Shown: positions 1-12,900, counted from the stretch's first letter. The stretch is 64,000 nt of DNA from Azolla caroliniana (GCA_043228905.1 JBHGNT010000015.1:14322001-14386000); one strand, 5' to 3'. Program-made: numbers and translations. The notes: generated by a model not told the origin, from the letters alone.

Positions 1-186
1 TATAGTGACCTTGTAACCTTTTTGTAAGGTTGGATGTTGTATTCTTGCTTTATGAATAAAGAGTCTTTTGTGTCTCTCTCTCTCTCTCTCTCTCTGTGCA
101 ACGACCTACAAACTGTCCTACGCAGGTACTCAAAAGCAATCGAATGCTTCTTGATCTTCCGCACTGACGGCCTCTTGTCTCCAACA
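1..186 (+). repeat. copia-1 5' LTR (partial)
   Basis: Matches 5112-5299 and ends in CA two nt before the PBS. Confidence 0.95.
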
Positions 187-188
187 TC

Positions 189-200
189 TGGTATCAGAGC
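189..200 (+). other. Primer-binding site, tRNA-iMet
   Basis: TGGTATCAGAGC directly after the LTR. Confidence 0.95.
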
Positions 201-788
201 AGAGGTTCGGCCGTCATCACCGCCTGCACAGCATTCGGTTCTTCACTTCATCACGGCCTGCACAGTATTCGCGTCATTCGAAGAAAGAGAGAAGAAGAAC
301 AAAAACGAGGATTGCACCTCATCGCGTTAGATCCCCTTGCTTGGAGTAAGCCAGCAGGTCGTACTCTGTCCCTTGTGATCGTAACCGCTCGAGGTGAAAT
401 CCCCTTGTGCAACTTTGACAACAACCCAAATTCGTGCTTCATCTGGCTGATCGACATTCGGGAGGATCAGTCGGATCCGTCTCTCTCATCGCTGCAGTCA
501 ACCGAAGCAGAATCGGTCCAGATAATCGGTTTCAATAATCGGTATTCGGCACATATATCCGAAGCGAACCGGGCTCACTCCGACTCGGCAACATTCGGGA
601 AGACCAGTCGGTTCTGTCCCTCAAGTTACCGGAGTCAATTCGAGCAAGTTCAACAATACATATATCCGAAGCCGAACCAACTCGGGTTCAAATCCGACTA
701 GAACGATATCGGGTGAGCCAACCGGCTGCACTCCAACAAGGTTCGTAGTCAACTTCGAACCGAGCTTCGTCAACCGAAACCGAATTTG

Positions 789-3700
789 ATGGCATCAACA
801 TCCGGCTCGTCAGAAATGAGTCTACGAAAGTTCGATGGATCGAACTTCAACTTCTGGAAGGAACAAATGCAGGACTATCTCATAGTCAAGGGGCAAATCG
901 ATCCCATCGAAAATGAAGAACCTCCAGAAGGATACAAACCAATTGAGTGGCAGAAGCTGGACAGAATCGTCCGCGCCACGATTCGGATGCACCTATCGGA
1001 ATCGGTATATTTTACGGTGCAATCGTGTACGACAGCATTCGAACTGTGGAAAACACTGTCGGACACTTACGAAAAGAAGGTCGCCGCAACGAAGATGTTT
1101 CTGATCCGGCGCCTCTACAACTTGCGGATGAAAGAATCCGACTCGGTTCAAGCACACCTCAATGAGTACGAAAGCATAAGCTCCCAAATCTCATCACAGG
1201 GGACGGCAATCGAGGATGAACTCAGAGCAATGATACTCATGAGTAGCCTTCCCCCATCATGGGAAACTTTCGTCACAACTGTGTGCAACGCGTCAACCAC
1301 GGCTGTTAAATACTCTGAAGTCACGAGCGCAATCCTGACCGAAGCAGCTCGGAGAAAGTCTTTCGCCAAAGACTCAACAGACGACGCTTATGTAGTACAA
1401 GGTTCGACAGACCGATCGAACATACGAGGAAGAGATTCCTCACGGCCGCCGAACAATCAGCGAAGACGGAGCCAGTCACGGGATAACCGAATCTGCAATT
1501 ACTGCAAAAAACCCGGTCACATCAAAGCCGACTGCCGCGCACTCAAGAACAAGAACGACAAGTCTCAGAGATCAGACAAGAAGAGTGGCCGGCATGAGGA
1601 GATCAATTACGTCAGCTTCTCAGCGGATGTACTACCGGACGACCCGAATATACTATCAATCGAAAATCCAGTCGGATCAGAAGTTCTACTCACGACTGAA
1701 GAATCGAGCACATGGCTCTTAGATTCGGGCGCGTCATTTCACGTGACTCCTCATCGATCCCAATTTCGGCAATATACGATCCGTCACTCCGACTCAGTTC
1801 GAGTCGGCAACTCACAACACTGTGACATCATCGGAATCGGCACAGTAGAGCTCAACCTTGCAGGTGGCTCTACACTTGTACTCCACAATGTCCGACATGT
1901 ACCCGAGCTCTCAAGGCCATTGATCTCAGTCGGACAACTAGATGAAGACGGCATTCGTGCCGGTTTTTCTTCGGGAGGGTGGACACTCCACAGGGGGAAC
2001 CTCCTGCTTGCTAGAGGACCCAAGATACACTCCCTGTATCCGTTACACGTTACGCTCAGAGAGGGTAACCTGTTTTTGGTGGATATTCCTGTGTCATCAC
2101 TATGGCACAGAAGATTAGGACACCTCAGCAAGGCCGGCATCACGCACCTATCTAGACCCGGATACATCCCCAAACTCTCCTTCTCCGACCATCAATTCTG
2201 CGAGCATTGCCAGTATGGCAAACAAGTAGCCGCATCACACCCGACATCAGCACCAAGAGAAACGAGACTTCTCGATTTAGTCCACTCGGACGTCTGTGGC
2301 CCAATGCCGCATCAGTCTCTTGGCGGTGCCTCTTACTTCGTCACTTTTATTGACGATTCGACTCGAAAGGTGTGGGCTTATCCGATTCGCACCAAAGATC
2401 GGGTCTTCTCGATCTTCTCAGATTGGCTCGCTATGGTAGAAAATCAAACCGACCGAAAGCTGAGATGCTTTCGGACAGACAATGGGGGAGAGTTCAAATC
2501 CGAAGAATTCGTCAAATTCTGCCGACAACGCGGCATCCGACGTGAATTTACGGCACCACACAGTCCGGAGCAAAACGGGATTGCCGAACGCATGAATCGG
2601 ACAATCCAAGAACGGATAGTTTCCATGCTCCAACACTCCGGACTGTCGGATGGCTTCTGGGCAGAGGCTCTACTCACGGCAGTACACATAATCAATATGT
2701 CGCCAAGTAGACCTCTAGGACTTCAAATTCCTCAGGAACTATGGATCGGCAGTAAGCCGAATTACGACAAGCTGAGGATCTTCGGATGCGAGGCGTACGC
2801 CCTTATTCCGAAAGATGATCGCTGAAAACTTGCACCTCGGTCCAGGAAATGCATTTTCCTTGGATATGGATCCGACGGCGAAATGGGATACCGACTCTGG
2901 GACCCCGAACGCAGACAAATCGTTCGAAGTTCGGACGTTGTGTTCAACGAGTCGGCTATGAATCCATCAGTCGAAAAACCGATCGAAGTCCGAAGGGTAA
3001 CATTTTCCGATGTGCCGACCCTTCAAGAAGGCCCCGCTCTCAACACACGGTCAGCTTCACGGGTAGCTGAACCTTACACTACCGACTCGGACAACTCTGA
3101 CTCGGCACAGCCGAATGATTCGGTTTCGGACCATCCGACCTCGATACCCGATGCGACCAGTCCAATCATACCTCGACGATCCGAGAGACTGTCGCAACCT
3201 CCGGAGAGGTATTCTCCTGGAATTTTCTTCACCGACGCCGGCGAACCGACGTCTTACGAAGAAGCATCGACATCTGTCGATTCCGCCACCTGGCATCTGG
3301 CGATGGAGTCGGAAATGCACTCCATTCGGGCAAACAAGACTTGGGATCTGGTCGAATTACCTAGGAACCGACGTGCTCTTCCTTGCAAGTGGGTTTATCG
3401 ACTAAAAGAGACGTCTGATTCGACCACCCCAAAGTACAAGGCCAGATTAGTTGCGAAGGGCTTCCGACAACAATATGGCGTCGACTTCGACGAGATTTTT
3501 TCACCAGTGGTGAAAATGACAACCCTTCGTTTTCTACTCGGCGTAGTGGCAGCCGACAACCTGGAGCTGATTCAGCTAGATGTCAAAACAGCCTTCCTCC
3601 ATGGTGATCTTGAGGAGGAAATTTATATGGAGCAGCCAAAAGGCTTCGTGGCACCTGGCCAAGAACATCTAGTCTGCCGACTCAGGAAGAGTCTATACGG

Positions 3701-4820
3701 CCTTAAACAGGCACCACGACAATGGTACAAGAAGTTCGACGACTTCATCCAATCGATCGGCTTCTCAAAAAGCGATGAGGACCATTGTCTCTTCACCAAC
3801 ACAGCTCAAGATGGATCACCCATCTTCCTCATCATTTACGTGGACGACATGCTAATTTCTGGACGCCACGCGGGCGAACTTGCCGATCTCGTTCGGCAAC
3901 TGCGGTTGAAGTTTGCCATGAAGGACCTCGGTCCGGCACGACACATCCTTGGCATGAAAATTAGTCGGCATCGCGATGAACGACATCTTTTTTTGTCTCA
4001 GACCGACTATATCGGACGTGTCTTGGAACGCTTCAACATGCAATCCGCCAAATCTGCTTCAACCCCGCTCCCAATAAATCTTCGGCTCTCTCAGCGAGAC
4101 TGCCCGACATCCGGCCCGGAGGGGGAAGATATGAAGTCGGTACCGTATGCACCGGCAGTCGGCTCCCTTATGTACCTGATGGTCGCGACACGGCCTGACA
4201 TTTCTCACGCCGTAGGAGTCGTTAGCAGATTTATGCACAATCCTGGCCGATCGCATTGGAACGCAGTCAAGCATGTGTTCAGATATCTGGCTGGCACAAA
4301 AGACCACGGCATTCTTTTCGGTCCGAACCGAACCTCAGGCGTAGTCGGTTACACCGACTCGGACTTCGCCGGCTATATAGACAGTCGGAAATCAACAACC
4401 GGATACTGCTTCAAATTCGGCAATGGAGCAATCTCGTGGAAGTCGAAACTTCAGGAGTGCACAGCGACCTCAACGACCGAAGCAGAATATGTAGCTGCGT
4501 CCGACGCAGCAAAAGAAGCTTTGTGGCTCGGTCGGCTGGCGCACACGTTTCGACAAGTCGACCATGACTCGGCTCCAGTTGTCTACAGCGACAGTCAAGG
4601 TGCTGTTGCCTTGTCGAAAAATCCGGTTCACCACAACGCCTCCAAACATATCGACGTTCGATATCACTTCGTTCGGGACTGCGTCATTTCAGGGAAAATC
4701 GGTCTAGAGAAAATATCCACAACCGACAATGTCGCAGATGGAATGACCAAGTATCTTTCGGCAGACCGTTTTCGGTCTCTTCGGCATCAGATGGGCGTAA
4801 CGACAAACCAGTCCGGTTAG
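789..4820 (+). pseudogene. copia gag-pol polyprotein with one in-frame TGA (2823-2825)
   Basis: Zn knuckle CNYCKKPGHIKADC, protease LLDSGAS, integrase HRRLGH..CEHC and DDE, RT QLDVKTAFLHG/YVDDML, RNase H. ORFs 786-2825 and 2883-4820 share a frame, and the linker reads *KLAPRSRKCIFLGY. Confidence 0.95.
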
Positions 4821-5013
4821 AGCCGGACACAGAGCAGGATGGTTCCCGACAACCGACATCAGTTCCTTAATGATCGGCTTCAACTGTTCCGACCCGACCA
4901 GTTCGGTCTTCTGCCTTCGGACCCTGCCGACTCGAACAAAGCTGATATGTCCGAGAACCTAAGTCTATACCTGTAATCTTAGATAACCCATGTATACGCC
5001 CATTACGGGGGAG

Positions 5014-5181
5014 TGTCGAATACATGTGTATAATGGACGTATTCACACTATCCCGTTTTGGCCATTTATGTAATTAGCATAAAGGGTAGTTGCCCTAAGT
5101 CGATCACTATATATAGTGACCTTGTAACCTTTTTGTAAGGTTGGATGTTGTATTCTTGCTTTATGAATAAAGAGTCTTTTG

Positions 5182-5212
<31 letters not shown>

Positions 5213-5299
5213 AACGACCTACAAACTGTCCTACGCAGGTACTCAAAAGCAATCGAATGCTTCTTGATCTTCCGCACTGACGGCCTCTTGTCTCCAACA
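5014..5299 (+). repeat. copia-1 3' LTR (286 bp)
   Basis: TGTCGAA...CCAACA following the PPT. Confidence 0.95.
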
Positions 5300-6308
5300 A
5301 AGATCTCACGAATCAAGTAGAAGGTCGAGCGCTTCAGAGGAAAACGTGTTCCGCGGTATGCCAATTTCTTTTGGAGGAAGTATTTTGCAGGTACGGGTGC
5401 GTAGGACAAGTGATTGCGGACCGGGGAGAACTCGACTCGGACAAAGCTAGGGGATTCTTCGCCAAACACGGAGTTCGGTTATCGTTGACAACGGCATACA
5501 ATCCGGAGGCCAACGGGAAAATCGAACGAGGACATAGCCCGATCATGAAAGCACTTGCAAAGGCATGCGATGGAAAGGTGAAGGACTGGCCGCAGATGCT
5601 TCCGTATGCACTATGGGTGGCTCGGACGACGCATAGCTCCATAACCGGTTACATGCCGGCAGAACTCATGACCGGACCAGCACCGGTAATGCCGACGGAA
5701 ACCGCGATCGCAACATGGACAGTGCTACCGTGGAAGGAAGAGATGAGCCAGTAAGAACTACTAGCGGTCCGGATACGACAACTAGAGGGGAGACCGGCAG
5801 ACATAGCGGAAGCAGTACGCCGACAACAAGAAGCACGATTAAGGAACAAAAGCCGGTTCGACACAAAGCACCGACTACGACCGAGGAGGATTGAAGAAGG
5901 AGACTGGGTGATCGTCTATGACAGTAGTTTGGACCATCAACATACAACGATGCGGAAATTCGCGAAAAGGTGGTTCGGGCCATACGAGGTTCGGAAAGTC
6001 TTCGACAACGGAACGTACCGACTGTCCGAGTTGGATGGAACAATACTACGAGTGCCTATAGCCGGGAAGCGGGTGAAGATTTTCAAGAAGCGGACCGACG
6101 ACAAACCCTATGTGATCCAAGCCAAGGCCGACAACGAGGAGCAATCGGACGAAGACCACGGTGATGCGGGAAGCGAAGAAAGTGAATTACAACTCATAGT
6201 CGACATAAGGGGAGAATCGGAGGAAGCTTTGGGTAAAGACGGATATGGGGAATCGAGAACTTCGGCACATACCGGAGGATGTGCGGGTTCGGAGGGGGCG
6301 AGTGTCGT
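5300..6308 (+). mobile_element. Ty3/gypsy integrase 3' remnant with PPT and the first bases of an LTR
   Basis: DLTNQVEGRAL..VIADRGE..YNPEANGKIERGH core, one in-frame stop (5752-5754), KRWFGPYEV (GPY/F) motif. PPT GGAGGGGGCGAG at 6291-6302, then TGTCGT, the same start as the other gypsy LTRs here. Confidence 0.88.
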
Positions 6309-6900
6309 AGTGTATTCCACACACTATGTGAAAACCATAAAATAATATATCCGATTTTAGATACATATAAATAGATAAATAATATATCAAAAGAATATAT
6401 CACGTGCATAGGGCAGGATTCGAACCATGCACCTCCACGTACATAAACCCCAACTTTACCATTGTAATAACTTATCTTTAGTGTTATAAATATAGATTTA
6501 ATACGTATAAGACCTTTATTTACACATACCTTTATTAAAGGGTAAAAATCATGTATTCTTTAGAGTGTGAATATTTTATTTACACGTGACATTAAAAGTG
6601 ACTCATGCACATCTAGCGTGCATGAGCCCTATATTTAGGAAATGACAAAGCATCACATGCACATTTAGTGTGCATGGACACTTTAGGTGAAAAAGCATGA
6701 AGCCATGCTTAGCCTCTTCCATCTTTATATAAGGAGGAGAGAAATATGTATAAGGTTGTTGATTAATATAGAAGAATTGATCAATCTAATATATTCGTGG
6801 GATTCACGAATTTTGCCATCTAAATTACTCTTATAATCTAAATATTGTTTTAAAATACACTAAACTCGTGGGATTCACGAGATTGCTATCTTACTTCTCT
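6308..6900. mobile_element. AT-rich insertion, possibly non-autonomous Helitron-like remnants
   Basis: Abrupt AT-rich block separating two gypsy pieces. Degenerate hairpin near 6318-6330, two copies of the hairpin (A/C)TCGTGGGATTCACGA(A/G) near 6794 and 6866, and a B-box-like GGATTCGAACC at 6416-6426. Confidence 0.3.
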
Positions 6901-6914
6901 TCCTATTATTCATA

Positions 6915-8189
6915 ACTAGCCTTAAGTTGTATTCCTCTTCCTCCTAGTCCAAAACCTCGGCGGTTCCCACCCGACTCACGCAACGATCCAGAGCCGAAAG
7001 GCACGACAACGTCTAGGGAGGCTTCTTCGTCCGCATCCTCCGATCGCCTCCAGCTCGACTCCATAACAAGCCCTTCTTCGGCTCCGATTTTCGCCTTCAC
7101 AAGCTCGCATGCCTCCCGTATTAGCACCTCTAGGTCGAGCTCCTCCGAACCGTTTTGCGTTGAGCTCTCTTCCGGCGGTAGTGCGTACTCACTCGCCGTT
7201 CTCTCTTCTCTGCCGCTCGCGGGCCGTGTTGTGGCCGACCGCCTCGCATCATGTTGCCGGCACACCCACCGATCGAACTCATGTCGACCTCTTCCTTCTG
7301 GTTCCGTGTACCCATATGCCTCCAATAGGGCTCCCTCAAAGGACACCCACGACTCATGAGCTTCTCGTAGCTCCTTGACCTCCTTGTGCACCGATACGGC
7401 CGCCACTCGAGGAAAATACTCTAGCCGCATCGCCTCGTCTACGCCCCCTTTCGCCATCTCGGCCTTGTAGGCTCCCAAAATTTTTAGGACCTCATTCCCA
7501 TTGAACCGGCCAACTAAACCGACCACCCTTTCGACGGTTATTGAGCCGCATCTCGCTTCGCCATCTTCCGTCCGGCTTCCATCACAATCTTTGCCATCAT
7601 CTCCTCGAAGTCGAAGTCTTCTTCCATCTCCATGCTCCCTTGCCGCCCTTCACGTCGGGTTCACCAAAGATGTCGCGTTGTTACGCGCGTGCGTGTAGAA
7701 GGGGCGGGACCACGGGGATCTTGGACTAGGGAGTGGAGGAGAAAGAATAAGACACAAAATGGAAGCTTAGCTCAAGAGGAGGTGAGAAAGAATAAGACAA
7801 TAACGTAGAATGGACGGGCAAGATGCTCAACAAGTTAGCTTAAGGGAAAACAAACACTTTACAATGGTGGCCGCCATGACCGCACCAAACGACTATATCA
7901 AAAACCCTAAGGGAAAACCCAAGAAGAAAACCCTAATCAAAACCCTAAAACCGAATAGGAAACCCTCGACCTAAGTGGTATGCCTCTCTCCCTCAAAATA
8001 GGCAACCCCCTCATAAGTGACCCCTCCCTTCCTTTTATAGCCCAAGGAGGGAGGGACCTTACAATGTGGGATAAAATTTCCCCTCTTCTTTCTACACACC
8101 ACTTCCTAGTATACACGTGCACATGTTGCACACCACCGATTTTCCTATTCCACCTCGGTTTTCGCCTATGGACGAAAATCTTCACGACA
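6915..8189 (-). mobile_element. Ty3/gypsy 5' portion: LTR (7671-8189), tRNA-Trp PBS, decayed gag
   Basis: LTR TGTCGTG..CGCGACA on the minus strand. PBS TGGTGAACCCGACGTGAA at 7649-7666. ORF 6906-7526 (VGRFNGNEV..YKAEM) is homologous to the gag at 60173. Confidence 0.85.
7649..7666 (-). other. Primer-binding site complementary to tRNA-Trp
   Basis: 18 nt matching the 3' end of plant tRNA-Trp(CCA) (..TTCACGTCGGGTTCACCA, recalled), 4 nt from the LTR end. Confidence 0.85.
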
Positions 8190-8193
8190 CCGT

Positions 8194-8745
8194 ACTTTAT
8201 CATGCTTTTGTTCCATGTGTATAGATGAAGCTTGGGATAAATGCATCAACCTATCAATCGTCGAGCCCTGGAAGCTGTAGAAGCTTTAGCCTAAACGACA
8301 AGATGATATTGAAGAGGATGCGCATTCAAACAATATTGTATACTACAACTAACATCAAGACTTGGCAATTTTATTGGAAGTTGGAGATCATTTTGCAGTA
8401 CTCAAATCTCCTCAGAATGAAGATTTAGAAGACTACTACATTGTGGTGTGCAAGCAAGGCAAGACATTATTGAAAGAAGTGGTGAGGGATGGCTGGGGCA
8501 ACAATTTCAACCTTGGTGAGTCTGTCGTGTATGGAAACTATTATGCAAAGTTGCCACAGTTCAAGAACACATATGCATTACTAAAAGAAGCACCGATCAC
8601 AATAATCTACGTTGATACCATTCTTGCAATCAAATTCAATATGACTCAAGCAAAGCACAAGGTTAAGGGATACAACATTGTCTACAAGGTTCCCCAAGAG
8701 GTTCATGAGCACATATTAGGGGAGGTCTCTCTATTTAATGATTGA
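8194..8745 (+). pseudogene. C-terminal remnant of a putative DNA-transposon transposase
   Basis: One frame reads TLSCFCSMCIDEAWDKCIN..VEPWKL*KL*P..*HQDLAILLEVGDHFAV..GWGNNF..YYAK.., with a CxCxxC-x6-C motif. It is cut by the gypsy LTR at 8189 and the catalytic core is not in the window. The family assignment comes from recalled similarity only. Confidence 0.5.
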
Positions 8746-9169
8746 AAGTCACCCTATCAATACATTGTACCAGAAAACTGAAAAACATCCACTTGTAGTT
8801 CACTACGGGGAGTCATTGATATATTAATTTTGATGATTGACAAATGAATTGATATAATTCCTTTCTTCTATTATGTATTATGAATCGATATATTTGATGT
8901 ATTGAGACTATTTACTGAGCTTGTATTGTAAGTGTTTATGGTAATTATAGAGTTGCTTGTTTCCATGGTTTAAGGTTTGAAGTCTTCAATACTTCTGTAT
9001 TGTCAATGTTTATAGTAATTATAGAGTTGCTTGTTTCTATGGTTTAAGGTGTGAAGTCTTGAATACTTAGTAGCCTAAATATGGCTCAAACTTATTCAAC
9101 TATCAAGTCTCTATTGTGTGCATTGAAGTCGTTATTCAACTCTAACCATGTGCACTCAAGGAGACCATA

Positions 9170-9452
9170 CTTCGAAGTATCAATATACATATTAGTACTA
9201 ACGCAAGTATCAATATACATATTAGTTTAGTACTAATGTCAATTGCAGGTATGTCAATTGCAAGTATTAAGTAATACATAGCAATCTCCCAATGTCAATT
9301 GCAAGTATTAAGTAATACATAGTGGTCTATCAATATACATATTAGTTTAGTATTAATGTCAATTGCAAGTATGTCAATTGCAAGTATTAAGTAATACATA
9401 GCAATCTCCCAATGTCAATTGCAAGTATTAAGTAATACATAGTGGTCTCCCA
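9170..9452. repeat. AT-rich tandem duplication (~120-bp units built from ATGTCAATTGCAAGTATTAAGTAATACATAG)
   Basis: Direct repeats visible between the two convergent genes. Confidence 0.8.
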
Positions 9453-9923
9453 AAGTATCTCAGTTAGACGGATACATACCTCTGATGTAAAGTTCGGTTG
9501 CATGACAGTATATACCAGTCTTCTAAATCTTCATCTAGTATAACAAACTGTATATAACATCTCAGTTAACAATATAGAATTTTATTTGTAATCAACACAA
9601 TCATGGCTGCATGGGAGTGTACCTGGGAGTGTGATAAATTCGTACCTCCCTCACCAAAGATCATTTCAGAATTAGCAATTGAATACATTTTCATTCTCTG
9701 CAATTAGCAATATAGAATTTCACACTGGTATAACTACTGGATTTTGGTATACCAAATAGTTCAATTTCAGACATCACTAACAGTTCAACTCAAGTTCAAG
9801 TACAATCGAAAGACACTGGTATAACTATTTCAGATAAATGAGACTGTATTTTGGTATACCAAATAGTTCAATTTCTCACATCACTAATAGTTCAACTAAA
9901 GTTCAAGTACAATCGAAAGACAA

Positions 9924-12900
9924 TCAGGCACTAGAGGGCAATTTGGCTGATCTTGTAATGCACTTGTTGTTGGTGCCAGTTTTTTCTGATTTTACATTCT
10001 TCTTTATCTTAAAGCCTTTAGGTATCAACTGACTAAGTGGCACTTCATCATCAGAGGCATCAGAGACAGGCGTGGATGCACGGGCACCTTGTACTAGTGG
10101 CAAACTTGAGAGAGCAACTGTGTTTTCTGCAACTGCAATGCTTGTACACACATCCACAAAGGTACTGTCGATAAAAAAATTATCACTCATCTCCTAAATG
10201 TGGGCTATTTTAGTACTCATGTTGTTGCTAGTATGCTCAATCTCAGTACAATTAGGCTCATGTATGTGGGCTACAGCAATACTCTTGGCGAACTCTTGGC
10301 TGGTCATAGTCACCTCATTCTTAAGACCACTGTGCTCTCCTTCTTGGGTCAACTCCTCTTGTACGATGGCTATCACCTCATTCTTAAGAGAACCGTGCTC
10401 CCCTTCTTGGGTGGTCTTTATTGCCTGGTCCTCATGGGTGATGCTAGTAGGCTCCCCTTCATTAGTAACGATGTTCTTTCCACAATCCTCATGGGATTCT
10501 TTAGACACTACTAGCACATTCTCAGTACAATCAGGCTCCTCTTCAGTACTAGCGATGTTCTTTCCCCAATCCTCATGGGATTCTTTAGACACTACAAATA
10601 CATTCTCAGTACAATCAATCTTCTCTTCAATACTTGCCATATTCTTTCCACACTCCTCATGGGCTTCTTTAGACAAATTATTGTTTGTACATGCCAGCTG
10701 CTCTTCAAATATAAATGCTTCGTTTTTCTCACAGTCCTCATGTGTGGAAGATGTGCTTCCAAAGTCTGCCTCCGTGCAAAGGTTAATCCCAGAATCTGAC
10801 TCTGCACTTGTGCTCCATATAGTTCCCGATTCACTTGATTGCAATTGGGAATCAGACTGCTCTTGTAAACCTAAATAATTGGATTCCAAAGAATATTAGT
10901 ATCAACTCACATACTCAAAATTTTGCAAACATACCAACAACAATGAACGTAGGGTTAAGAGCCACTTTTTTACCTATTGTTACATCGTCCTACTGTACAG
11001 CCGTAGATACCCCATTGCAAGTGGTAGGCTCGGTCATCTTCTCCACAACATCGAAGTGCTCAACAGGGTTGTGTTGATCTATTGAATGCACCAAAAGCAA
11101 CACTATCATAGGGTTGTTATGATCTAAATCATTGTTTTCAAAAACCGGCTTTTGACGTGTACCTGGGAGTGTGATAAATTTGTCTTCACGATTAGGTTCT
11201 AGACTCGTATCTCCTTCACCAAAGATCATTTCGTCATCAGCTAGTAACACAAGTACATGGTATTAGACAATGCATTAGGTTGACAACTCTCCGGACAGGT
11301 GAGAACATATATGACTCACCATTGCATTCAACTTTGCCTTTCTTGTCCTTTCCATACAACATTCTTGCAGCATTCCTCTTCTTAGTTGGCTCTATTTCTA
11401 AAGAAATTAGGCATTCAACACTTTCTCAAATGAGAATTAAGATATGTTGGCAAAATTTGTGTTACCTGGATTGTTTTGATGTTAACCGGAGCTTGGGGAA
11501 TTTGTTTGTAGAAGCATATGTTCCACTGCTCCAATGGCCCTTCTCATACATTCATCTTCATCATAAAACTCATAGGTTATTGGTAATGATGGTCCCTGAA
11601 CCTTGGAATGTTCAGCAGATACCGAGGGTTTAGGCACAAGGGGCGGTTGTTCCATTACCTTCCCTGGCGTGGAGTTGCTTGACACTACAACATTCATTGC
11701 AAGAAACCAGAAAACCTTCAAGGTTAGTACCGTGATATAAAATATTACACAACTAGTACTAATCGTGAACAATGTACTACTCACTTAGTTCCCAATTTAC
11801 ACAAGTAGTACTAATCATGAACAATGTACTATTAGTACCGTGATATAAAATATTACACAACTAGTACTAATCGTGAACAATGTACTACTCACTTAGTTCC
11901 TAATTTACACAAGTAGTACTAATCATGAACAATGTACTACTAACTTAATCAAATTACACAAGGAGTACTAATCATGAACAATGTACCACTCACTTAGTTG
12001 CCAAATTACACAAATAGTACTAATCATGAACAATGTACTAATCCTGAACAATATACTATTCACTTAGTTCCTAAATTATTGAACTAGTACTAATAAGGAA
12101 CAGAAGTAGTACTAATAATGAACAATGTACTGCTCACTTAGTTCCCAATTTACACAAGTAGTACTAATCATGCACAATGCACTACTCACTTAGTTCCCAA
12201 ATTACACAAGGAGTACTAATCCTGAACAATGTACTACTCACTTAGTTCCCAAATTACAAAACTAGTACTAATCACGAGCAATGTACTACTCACTTAGTTC
12301 CCAATTTACAAAACTAGTACTAATCATGAACAATGTACTACTCGCTAAGTATTAATCGTCAACAATGTACAAGTATAGTGTGTACTAACACTAGTACTAG
12401 GCATGTTGTAATATAGATTGGACTAACATCTAATCCAACAAATGTAGATTGGATTTTAGTACTAACGTGGTATTTTGCACACAAGTAATACTAAACGTGA
12501 TATATGTGTTCTACACACCTAATTACATAACTTGTACTAATTACATCAATAGTATTAATCTTGAACAGTATTAGTACTAAACGTGATATGTGTTTGACAC
12601 ACCTCATTTCCAAATTACACAAACTGTACTAATATTCAGCAATTTACTATACCCCTTGTTCCCAAATTACATAACTAGTACTAATTCCCAAGTTACACAA
12701 ACAATACTAACAGTCAACAGTGTACTACAAGTATAGTGTCTACTAAACTAGTACTAGGCAAGTTGCAATATAGATTGGACGATGTTGTACCTGGTTCCCT
12801 TTTAGTACTAATTCTGGAAAATATCCCTTCAACTACACATACCAATTATATATTAAGAGTACTGCCAATACTAACCCACATAATTAGGGTTCCACATATT

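Larger units (their letters stand above)
1..5299 (+). mobile_element. Ty1/copia LTR retrotransposon (copia-1), young; 5' LTR cut by the window edge
   Basis: 5' LTR part 1-186 matches 3' LTR 5014-5299 (TG..CA), differing only in the (TC)n tract. PBS TGGTATCAGAGC at 189-200, PPT GGGGGAG at 5007-5013, gag-PR-INT-RT-RH order. Inserted in a gypsy integrase (right flank AAGAT). Confidence 0.97.

Noticed and set aside
312-701. Extra ORF in the copia-1 leader
   Set aside because: Non-ATG start, no motifs, and no counterpart in the related copia-5.
2823-2825. Programmed stop-codon readthrough
   Set aside because: The stop lies inside integrase rather than at the gag/pol boundary, and a sister copy has CGA there.
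6405-6480. tRNA gene or SINE
   Set aside because: Only a B-box-like 11-mer is present, with no cloverleaf or convincing A box.
10198-10878. 226-aa plus-strand Ser-rich ORF
   Set aside because: Antisense mirror of the Glu-rich last exon of the RING gene.
11740-12365. CRISPR-like regular array
   Set aside because: The units are head-to-tail with no unique spacers, there are no cas genes, and the context is a eukaryotic intron.
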